From an uncultured Myxococcales bacterium (GTDB taxonomy: Bacteria > Myxococcota_A > UBA9042): a DNA stretch of 64,000 bases. Within the stretch, counting starts at the first letter, position 1. Each line of letters opens with the position of its first letter. Under the pieces are notes generated by a model. The model did no database searches, was not told the origin of the DNA, and was given only the letters and a program-made list of their open reading frames with translations. The position numbers and the translations under genes were made by a program. Positions 43,083 through 50,924 of this stretch are shown one piece after another. The stretch is taken from contig CAINLT010000094.1 in the NCBI GenBank assembly GCA_903850505.1, positions 2,016-66,015 of the forward strand. Reading direction: 5' to 3'.

Positions 43083-46054
43083 AGCAAGTTGGATGGGTGC
43101 TGCTGGCTCTGCTTGCGGCGTGCGGCGGCGGCAAGAGCGGACCTGAATGCGGACCGGGCACGGCGCTGCACGATGGCCAGTGCGTGCCGATCGCCGCGGG
43201 AATCGACGCCTGCGGGCCGGGGACGGCGCTGGACGGCTCCACGTGCGTGCCGGAAGGGGAGCCTGATGCGGGTGCAACGGACGTCGGACCTGACGCGCAA
43301 GTCGATGCGGCCGGCGATGCAACGGCTGTGACGTGTTCGCCGGCGTGCGGCAAGGGCCAATACTGCGATGAACTGGGCGCGTGCCAAACCAACCCGCTGC
43401 CCGCCAGCTGGACTTGCGCCAAGGCGGTCTGGGCGGACGGCGCGACCTGCGACTGCGGCTGCGGTGCCTTCGACCCCGACTGCGCCAACGCCACCTGGCC
43501 CGTAAGCGGCTGCCCCGGCGCCAAGGCCTGCCAGGACGACGGCAAGTGCCCCGCCTGCACCCCCGCCTGCACCGGCAAGTCCTGCGGCGACGACGGGTGC
43601 GGCGGCTCGTGCGGCGCGTGCCTCGATCCCGCCAAGCCAGTGTGCAGCGGCGGCCAGTGCAGCGCGTGCGTCCCCAACTGCAGCGACAAGTCCTGCGGCG
43701 ACGACGGGTGCGGCGGCTCGTGCGGCGCGTGCGCCACCGGCAAAATGTGCGCGGCGGGCGCGTGCGTCTTTCCGCCGCCCAGCCTGTCGTGCGTCGGCCA
43801 TTGCGGCGGCGAGCCCGGCGGCGGCTGTTCCTGCACGGCCGCGTGCCAAGCCAAAGGCAACTGCTGCGTGGACGTCGGCGTCTGCGGCTGCCTCCCCAAC
43901 TGCGCCGGCAAGGACTGCGGCGACGACGGCTGCGGCGGCACCTGCGGCATCTGTCCCGGCGGCTCGACATGCGTGGCGTCGATCTGCGCCGTTGGCGAAT
44001 GCACGGACGCCACGTGCTCCGGCAACGGCACCTGCGCCGGCTTGGGCTGCGCGTGCCAGCCCGGTTACGCTGGCAAGTTCTGCGACCAGTGCGCCGCCGG
44101 CTACGTGAACTATCCGGACTGCGTGACGGCCTGCGCGAGCGTCCTGGAATGCAACGACGGCAATCCGTGCACCGCGGACGCATGCAGCGCCAAGTCCGGC
44201 TGCACGCACTTGCCCACGGACGCCACCTGCACCGACGGCAGCGCCTGCACCAGCGGCGACGCGTGCGTCCTGGGCGCTTGCGAACCGACATTGACCACCG
44301 GCTGCGACGACGCCGACCCGTGCACTGCCGACGCGTGCGACCCGGCCGTCGGCTGCAGCCATTTGCCCGGCGGCATCACAGCGTGCGACGACGGCAACGC
44401 ATGCACCGGCAACGACAGCTGCGCCAATGGCTCGTGCGCGGGCTCGCCCGTGGGCTGCGACGACGGGAACGTGTGCAGCGCGGACAGTTGCGATGCCGGC
44501 AGTGGCTGCGTCCATCTGGGCACCGGCGCGACCTGCACCGACGGCGACGCGTGCTCGCTCGGCGGCGTGTGCAACGGCATAACCTGCACCAGCGTCGGGG
44601 CGAAATCGTGCGACGACGGCAACGGCTGCACCTTGGACGTGTGCGACGGCGGGCAGGGCGCATGCGTCCACACGCCCGCGAGCGCCACGACGGCCTGCGA
44701 CGACGACGACCTCTGCACCAGCGGCGAGATGTGCGACGGCAACGGCCAGTGCGGCGGCGGGGCCAAGATCTGCGCCATGCCAACGGTCGGTGGGCTCGTC
44801 GGGCACTACAGCGCCGCGCAGCCGAGTTCGCTCAACCTCGACGCGGCGCAGCACGTCGTCGCGTGGCAGGATCAGGGCGGCGCGGGGCGGACGTTGACGG
44901 CCATCGATGTGCAGCAGGCGCCGCAGCTCGTGCCGGCGGGAATTCACGGCCGGCGCGCGCTGCTTCTGACCGGCGCGGGACTTGCCAGCGAGGCGTACGC
45001 GGATTCCGGCGCGGTCAGCCTGTTTGCGGTCGTGTGCACGCCAGCAAGCGGCAGCAGCAATTTCGTCGGTCATGGCGGCACCTGGGCGCTGGCAAGTGCC
45101 CCGACGGCCCTTGCGTTCCAGGGCGGCGGCGGCAGCATCCAGGGCGCAGCTTCTGGGGACTCGTGCTACGTCGTTGCGGCGCGCGTGGGCCCGGGCGGCG
45201 GCGATCTGCTGTTGGCAACCGGTACGTCCAGCCTTGCCACTGACCTGAGCCTCGTCCCGACGGCCACGACCGCAGCGCTAGCCATCGGCGACGGCGGCGG
45301 CCTGATCGGCGAACTGCTCGTGTATGACGGCAAAGTGGCCGACGCTGACCGCGACGCGCTGGTCAATTACCTGCGCACCGCGTGGGGTTTCGAGCCGCCG
45401 CAGCCGGACTTTGTCTGGTACGAAGCAGGGGACACGCCCACGGTGCAGACCGACGACGCCGGCAACGTCAGCCAGTGGAAAGACAAAAGCATGCTGAATC
45501 GGCACGCGCTCCTCGGTGCGGCGACGGCGCCCGTGTGGTACGCGAACGGAACTTCCAATGGCCGGCCGGCGCTGCGCTTTGACGGCGCCAACGTGCTCTT
45601 GCAAACGGCGGCGATTCCGGGCGTGGTGCAATTGACCGCGTTTGTCGTGTGCGAGCTTGATGCCCCGGCGGCGGCTGGCAGCGTGTTCGCGCAAGGGCAG
45701 GACAGTCATTTCGCGCTGCGCAAGGACGAGTCGGCCGCGACGCCGGCGTTGGCGTGGAGCGTGGGACAGGATCCGGCGGTGGCGTCGGCGTCCTACACGG
45801 CTGGGAAGTGGGCGGTGTACGTCGCGGTGCAGGACGGCACCAGCGCGCTGCTCGGGAATGGCAGCCTCACCGCGACGGGCCAGTCCAGCGCAGCGATTCC
45901 GGCGGCGTCCGAGGTCCTCACCCTCGGCAACGCCAAGGCCGGCGGCGCATCGATGGGTGGCTTCCTCGCGGAAATTCGCGCTTACGCCGAGACGCTCGCG
46001 CCCATCGACCGCGCGTTCGTGCAAGGTCTGCTGCGCACGAAATACGGCCTTTAG
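43067..46054 (+). CDS. Cys-rich secreted lipoprotein with EGF-like and CTxDxC repeats and two C-terminal LamG-like domains
   Basis: ATG 43067 lies 16 nt inside the preceding gene. The lipobox is VGWVLLALLAACGGG. An EGF/laminin-EGF-like block reads CSGNGTCAGLGCACQPGYAGKFCDQC. CTxDxC repeats span roughly 44150-44760. LamG-like hallmarks are GELLVYDGKVADADRDALVNYL and GFLAEIRAYAETLAPIDRAFV. Confidence 0.85.
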   Translation: MRAAVKQVGWVLLALLAACGGGKSGPECGPGTALHDGQCVPIAAGIDACGPGTALDGSTCVPEGEPDAGATDVGPDAQVDAAGDATAVTCSPACGKGQYCDELGACQTNPLPASWTCAKAVWADGATCDCGCGAFDPDCANATWPVSGCPGAKACQDDGKCPACTPACTGKSCGDDGCGGSCGACLDPAKPVCSGGQCSACVPNCSDKSCGDDGCGGSCGACATGKMCAAGACVFPPPSLSCVGHCGGEPGGGCSCTAACQAKGNCCVDVGVCGCLPNCAGKDCGDDGCGGTCGICPGGSTCVASICAVGECTDATCSGNGTCAGLGCACQPGYAGKFCDQCAAGYVNYPDCVTACASVLECNDGNPCTADACSAKSGCTHLPTDATCTDGSACTSGDACVLGACEPTLTTGCDDADPCTADACDPAVGCSHLPGGITACDDGNACTGNDSCANGSCAGSPVGCDDGNVCSADSCDAGSGCVHLGTGATCTDGDACSLGGVCNGITCTSVGAKSCDDGNGCTLDVCDGGQGACVHTPASATTACDDDDLCTSGEMCDGNGQCGGGAKICAMPTVGGLVGHYSAAQPSSLNLDAAQHVVAWQDQGGAGRTLTAIDVQQAPQLVPAGIHGRRALLLTGAGLASEAYADSGAVSLFAVVCTPASGSSNFVGHGGTWALASAPTALAFQGGGGSIQGAASGDSCYVVAARVGPGGGDLLLATGTSSLATDLSLVPTATTAALAIGDGGGLIGELLVYDGKVADADRDALVNYLRTAWGFEPPQPDFVWYEAGDTPTVQTDDAGNVSQWKDKSMLNRHALLGAATAPVWYANGTSNGRPALRFDGANVLLQTAAIPGVVQLTAFVVCELDAPAAAGSVFAQGQDSHFALRKDESAATPALAWSVGQDPAVASASYTAGKWAVYVAVQDGTSALLGNGSLTATGQSSAAIPAASEVLTLGNAKAGGASMGGFLAEIRAYAETLAPIDRAFVQGLLRTKYGL
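43577..43732 (+). repeat. Exact 45-nt direct duplication, with copies starting 111 nt apart
   Basis: aagtcctgcggcgacgacgggtgcggcggctcgtgcggcgcgtgc occurs at 43577-43621 and identically at 43688-43732. It encodes KSCGDDGCGGSCGAC. Confidence 0.9.
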
Positions 46055-46273
46055 GCGCACGCGCGACGTCGCCGGTCAGGGCGCGACGAGGGCGAGCTCT
46101 CCGCTTCAGCCAGCGAAAGTCGCCGCGTTGTCCTGCACGACGCAGCAGTTGCGGCTTTGGCCGCTGGCAAGGCCACGTTGGATACTGAAGTCGAGCTCGC
46201 TGCTTGCAGCCGTCAGCACGATGGTCTGCATGACCCCGTTGCCGCTTCGCGAATGCCACGCGAGCGGCTGCGT

Positions 46274-47968
46274 TCATGGGTGCCCGGCGACCAGCGCCAA
46301 TTTCACCGCCGTATCCGCGCTCACCAGTTGGACATGCGCGGGCAAGAGCTTGGCCATCGCCAGGAACGAGTTGTCCAGATTGAGCCCGCCATCGCTGGTC
46401 ATGTACACCCACGTGACGGTGCCTTTGGGGTAGCCGCCCAGTTCCTCCGCCATTTTGTCCGGACCCAGAAAGAACGGGTCGGCGTTGTTGTTGACGCCCC
46501 GCCACTCGCGCGGCCGGAAGACCACGACTTTGCTGCCATCCTTGCCGACAATGACCTCAAAAAACCGGGTGTCAGGCCACCAATCAAACGCTGGAAACAT
46601 GTAGGGCACGTTGACGGGAAATACGCCGTGGATGGCGCCATTGGCCGTGGCGTATTTGGGCAGGAAATGATCTTCGGCGTCGTGCCAGCTGTCCGTCCAG
46701 TCCCAATGCACGGTGCCGGTGACGCCGAGGATGCGCGCGTCCTGCTCCGTCGCCGCCACAAACCGGTCCTGATCGCCTTCCGCCAACGACGACGGGTAGG
46801 CGTACAAGTGGCCGCTGGGCGGCAGGGTGAAGTAGTCCTTGCCGGTCTGGTGGCTCTCCCGGTAATACCAGTCGAGCAGGTCGGGTGCGAGGTGCGCAAG
46901 GTGCGGTGAGATGGTCCAAGTCAGCGGCGGACACGCGTTGTTCCCCGCCTGGCATTCGGTCAGCCGCTGGCGAAACCAGTCGTGCCGCGTGGTCATCATG
47001 TACTGGACGTTGTCGCCATCGCCCACTACAAACGCGACATAGGTCTTGCCCGGGTCGTACTGGATTGCTTCCAGGTCGTTTTGCTTGACCTCGTTCGCGT
47101 CAACAATTGGCGCCCTGCGGGTCGAGAAAAAGGACAAGTTACCCGTCTCGCTGGCGATCGCGCCCATGTTGCGAGAATCCAGGCACTTCGTCTGCGCCTC
47201 GTACAGGTCGCCGCCCGCGACGTTCCACGAGCTGTTGTAGCCGTACACGCCGAGCGGCGTTGGCCAGTGACCCGCGTTGACGATGCTGCTGAGCAGCTCC
47301 TTTTCGGGGTTGCCGTCGACGCATCCGTTGACCAGAAACACGACGAACAGCTTCTGCGCGAACACGAAATCGACAAGGACTGGCCGCATGTCTCGCGTCA
47401 GCTTGGGGTGCGCCGGATCGCTCGCAGGGTCTTCATAGCCCGGGTTGAGCATCGCCAGCCCGGTGGTCTGCTGGACATAGTTCTCAAAGACGTATTTCGT
47501 CGCGAGATACGGCGTGTTCTTGTCCTTCAATCCCTCAATCGCGTCGAACGCCACGTTGCCGCACGTGGCCGTCAAGCCAGCGTCCAGCGGCACGGCATCC
47601 AGCGCCGCCGCGACCGTCAGGATACTTGGCATCAACTCGTGCTGGGTCTTGTAGTCATAGCGCACACAGGCCGGAAATGCCGCGACGCACGTATTCAGGA
47701 AATCCGGCGCGCTCACGATGGCGTCCGGCTTGAGGCTCAACTCGTCCAGCCATGCTGGGTCGTGCGGATCCATTTGGATGTAGACGGACCCGGCAGCCCT
47801 GCGGTTGTGCAGCCCCGCGCACGCCTGGACGGCCAACTGGAACGGCGCCGGCGCCTGCGGATCGATCTGGACGACCGTGAGCTGGCTGGCTTGGCCCGGC
47901 GCGTCTTGCTTGGTGCAAGCCGGGAGCGTCAGCGCGCACAGCGAAAGCGCAATCCAGACACGCAGCAT
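46274..47968 (-). CDS. Secreted lipoprotein, tentatively a GxGYxYP-type putative glycoside hydrolase
   Basis: I place the start at ATG 47968, giving MLRVWIALSLCALTLPACTK. The motifs VAFVVGDGDNVQYMM and PPSGHLYAYPSS resemble the remembered GxGYxYP family signature, although the third residue differs. The product call is tentative. Confidence 0.7.
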   Translation of the reverse strand: MLRVWIALSLCALTLPACTKQDAPGQASQLTVVQIDPQAPAPFQLAVQACAGLHNRRAAGSVYIQMDPHDPAWLDELSLKPDAIVSAPDFLNTCVAAFPACVRYDYKTQHELMPSILTVAAALDAVPLDAGLTATCGNVAFDAIEGLKDKNTPYLATKYVFENYVQQTTGLAMLNPGYEDPASDPAHPKLTRDMRPVLVDFVFAQKLFVVFLVNGCVDGNPEKELLSSIVNAGHWPTPLGVYGYNSSWNVAGGDLYEAQTKCLDSRNMGAIASETGNLSFFSTRRAPIVDANEVKQNDLEAIQYDPGKTYVAFVVGDGDNVQYMMTTRHDWFRQRLTECQAGNNACPPLTWTISPHLAHLAPDLLDWYYRESHQTGKDYFTLPPSGHLYAYPSSLAEGDQDRFVAATEQDARILGVTGTVHWDWTDSWHDAEDHFLPKYATANGAIHGVFPVNVPYMFPAFDWWPDTRFFEVIVGKDGSKVVVFRPREWRGVNNNADPFFLGPDKMAEELGGYPKGTVTWVYMTSDGGLNLDNSFLAMAKLLPAHVQLVSADTAVKLALVAGHP

Positions 47969-48309
47969 CAGAGGGTTCAGAACTCCAGCCACCAGTACCT
48001 CCGCAGTTGCCACCCGACTCGCACGCCTCTGGAGGTGCGCTGGGGCCACGTGCCGAACTTTCCGCACGCATCCAAGCTCCGCGGAATTCCAGACTTTCCC
48101 GAACCGCGAGGCCTATCCAGCATGCCGCGTCCAACGCGCCCGTCAAGGCCCGGGATGGCGTGAGATTGCCGTGTTTGCGCGCAAAGTTCGCAGTTGCGTT
48201 GGCGTTTGCCTAGCCCCGACGAGGATTTGCCGGGTGCGCTTGCACAAGCGGAACATGAACTTTACGCTGTCCAAGGGGCTGCTTGCTCCCGTCAGCGAGC
48301 GACGCCTCC

Positions 48310-49737
48310 ATGAACTTTTTCTCCCGCTTTCGACCGCTCCCCGTCATCGCTGCACTGCTGGCAACCGCGCTGCCCGCCGTTGCTGCGCTCGCCGCCGACG
48401 CCGACAAGACAGGCCTGGAGCTCAGCGTCGGTGCCGCTTGGCACCAGTGGACCCCACGCGACGAACTGGGCCAGTCGTGGGATGGTCACTCGCTGGTCAG
48501 CGGCATGGGGCCGGTGTTGCGCGTCGGGTACCGCGTCCTGCCTTGGCTCGGATTCGAGGCGGAAGGCGTTCTCCTGCCAACCAAGGGCCGAGACGATGGG
48601 ATCTCCGTTCTCGCCGCCGGTGTGCGTGGCCACGCCGTGGCGTTCTGGAATCTCGGCGACTGGCAGCCGTTCGCGCTCATCGGCGCCGGCTCCAGCATTG
48701 CCGCACCCGCCGCTGGCAGCCGAATCTACACCGATCAGGACACGATTAGCGACGTCGGCATTGGCCTGCAATACGCCCTCACACGCGCCTGGAGCGTCCG
48801 CGCCGACTTGCGCGGGTTGTTCCTGCCCGCGATAACTGACGGGGGTTCACGCTTCACCGCTGAAATGGAAGGACAATTGAGCATCGGCTGGCGGCCCCTG
48901 GCGGGTGGCCCGCGGACCGAGGAGCCAAACAGCGCGCCTGTGTCGTTGGACACCGACAACGACGGCATTCTGGACGACGACGATGTCTGTCCATACGAAG
49001 CCGAGACCGTCAACGGCGTACGCGATACTGACGGGTGCCCGGAACTGGAGAGCGAGGTTCCTGCGGCGTCGGGCTCCTCGCCGCGCGCGCCTTCCCAGGA
49101 CTCGGCCAGTCTTGGCGCGCTACCGGAGCCGGAGCGGCTGACCGATCCAGATGGCGACGGCCTGTTTGGCGACGAAGACCAGTGCCCGAACGCCGCCGAA
49201 GACAAGGACGGCTTTGCCGATGGCGACGGTTGCCCTGACCCCGACAACGACGGGGATGGCGTTCCGGACGCGGCAGACAAATGTCCGCTCGCCGCGGAAA
49301 CCGCCAATGGTTATGAGGACGGTGACGGGTGCCCGGACGAAGTTCCGGCGCAGCTCGCCAAGTTCACCGGCCGTATTGCGGGCATCAACTTCCAGCCGAA
49401 CAAGGACGTCATCGCCAAGTCGTCGGACAAAGTGCTGCTCGGCGCCGCCAAGGTGCTGCAGGAGGCGCCGTCGGTCCGGCTGCGCATTGAGGGCCACACG
49501 GACGCCAGCGGTGACCCCGTAAAGAACACGGAGTTGTCGCAGCGGCGCGCCGAGGCTGTGCGCAAATGGCTGATCGCCAAGGGTATTGACGCCACACGTC
49601 TGGAAGCCAAAGGGTACGGTCCGAGTGCGCCGGTTGCCGACAACGCCAGCGCCGCGGGCCGCGCGCAGAATCGCCGCGTTGAGTTTCACCTGATTCAGGA
49701 CAATGCAACGCCAGACGCAGAGGGGAAAAGCAAATGA
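48310..49737 (+). CDS. OmpA-family outer-membrane protein with thrombospondin type 3-like Ca-binding repeats
   Basis: The signal peptide is MNFFSRFRPLPVIAALLATALPAVAALA. TSP3-like repeats read DTDNDGILDDDDVCP, DPDGDGLFGDEDQCP and DKDGFADGDGCPDPDNDGDGVPDAADKCP. The OmpA C-terminal domain reads RIEGHTDASGDPVKNTELSQRRAEAVRKWL...NRRVEFHL. Confidence 0.88.
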   Translation: MNFFSRFRPLPVIAALLATALPAVAALAADADKTGLELSVGAAWHQWTPRDELGQSWDGHSLVSGMGPVLRVGYRVLPWLGFEAEGVLLPTKGRDDGISVLAAGVRGHAVAFWNLGDWQPFALIGAGSSIAAPAAGSRIYTDQDTISDVGIGLQYALTRAWSVRADLRGLFLPAITDGGSRFTAEMEGQLSIGWRPLAGGPRTEEPNSAPVSLDTDNDGILDDDDVCPYEAETVNGVRDTDGCPELESEVPAASGSSPRAPSQDSASLGALPEPERLTDPDGDGLFGDEDQCPNAAEDKDGFADGDGCPDPDNDGDGVPDAADKCPLAAETANGYEDGDGCPDEVPAQLAKFTGRIAGINFQPNKDVIAKSSDKVLLGAAKVLQEAPSVRLRIEGHTDASGDPVKNTELSQRRAEAVRKWLIAKGIDATRLEAKGYGPSAPVADNASAAGRAQNRRVEFHLIQDNATPDAEGKSK

Positions 49738-50924
49738 TTGCAACAAGCATGGTTCGAGTGGCAATTCTCGTGGGCGTCATGGCGGGCGGCGTCGCGCCAG
49801 CCGTCGCCGATCCGGCTTGTCGCGTGAGCATCGATGAGGGCGCGATCCGCGTCGATCCGCCGTTGCCGATGGACGCGGCAGCACTCAACGCCATGGGGCC
49901 GTGCCTGGACGAACTCGCGCGGGCGATTGCCGCTGACCGGGACCTGCGCTCGCTCATCGTGAACGTCCGGCAGTCCGATGCAGCGCGCCTGGCTGGGGAT
50001 TCGACCAAGCTGGCGGAGGCCGTGCGTACAGCCCTGGTCACGCGCGGCGTGGCGATGGAGCGGACCTCTGTCGTCGCAACCGCGCTCCGTGCCGGCGATA
50101 CGCCCGGGGTGACGCTCCTGCGCACAGCGCGCCGCGCGCCCCGTCCCGTGGCCAGTATTCTCGCGCTCACGGGTATCGTGCAAGTCGGCGACGCGGATGC
50201 GGAAAGCCCGCTCGCGCAAGTCGGCCAAGCGCTCGTCGCCGGCAAGGTCGTCCGCACGCCGGTTGGCGGGGCTGCGCGCCTGCTGCTCGCCGATGGCAGC
50301 TTCATCTGGGTCGGCCAGTCGACAGCCGTCCGCCTGGGGGCCCTCTACTTGAATGCCGATTCCAAGCGCGTCGTGAAGCTCGAGTTGATGCATGGCGAAG
50401 TGCAGACTGAAGCCATGCACCAGGGTGTCGGCTCGGTCTTTGACATCGTGACGCGGACCGCGGTCGCCGGTGTGCGCGGTACGCGCTTTCGCGTGGCGAC
50501 AACCGATGGCCGGGTGACCCGCGTCGAGACGGTCAAAGGCAAGGTTGAACTGGGCGCACCGAAGGGCAAGGTGGACGTCCCAGCCGGGCAAGGATCGCAG
50601 GTCGATGAGTCCGGTCTGCCAGAGGCGCCGCGCGCCCTCCTCGCGGCACCCAAGATTGCCGGGCCGACCCACGGCACGGTTGCCGCTGACACCGCGTTGG
50701 TCTGGGCCGACGTCCCGGGCGCCGCAAGCTACCGGCTCGAGTTGGCCAAGGACGCTGAGTTCTCCAGCGCCGTCCAGCAAACAAACGTCACGTCGACCAG
50801 CGCGTCGATCGCGGCGTTGGACCGCTCGCACCGGTGGTTCTGGCGCGTCACTGCCGTTGATGCCGGCGGCTTCGTCGGCATGCCATCCAAGGTCTACGCG
50901 TTTGCGTTGGGCGCCACGCCGTGA
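49734..50924 (+). CDS. FecR-domain secreted protein
   Basis: ATG 49734 overlaps the ompA-like stop (ATGA). It has a signal peptide. The FecR-like core is RLLLADGSFIWVGQSTAVRLG...FDIVTRTAVAGVRGTRFRV. Confidence 0.78.
   Translation: MIATSMVRVAILVGVMAGGVAPAVADPACRVSIDEGAIRVDPPLPMDAAALNAMGPCLDELARAIAADRDLRSLIVNVRQSDAARLAGDSTKLAEAVRTALVTRGVAMERTSVVATALRAGDTPGVTLLRTARRAPRPVASILALTGIVQVGDADAESPLAQVGQALVAGKVVRTPVGGAARLLLADGSFIWVGQSTAVRLGALYLNADSKRVVKLELMHGEVQTEAMHQGVGSVFDIVTRTAVAGVRGTRFRVATTDGRVTRVETVKGKVELGAPKGKVDVPAGQGSQVDESGLPEAPRALLAAPKIAGPTHGTVAADTALVWADVPGAASYRLELAKDAEFSSAVQQTNVTSTSASIAALDRSHRWFWRVTAVDAGGFVGMPSKVYAFALGATP

Noticed and set aside
38989-45073. Minus-strand ORFs 38989..41277, 40752..44291, 42854..45073 and 45278..46060
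   Set aside because: They are antisense to the HEAT and Cys-rich lipoprotein genes and have Arg-dominated composition.
46055-46273. Searched for a rho-independent terminator between the convergent 43067 and 46274 genes (the GCGACGTCGC palindrome at 46063-46072 and a CGTCGC/GCGACG stem)
   Set aside because: These are short GC palindromes without a U-tract, which are expected by chance at this GC content.
46982-48163. 393-aa + ORF opposite the 46274..47968 lipoprotein gene
   Set aside because: It has Arg/His/Val-rich antisense composition. The minus frame has a lipobox and balanced composition.
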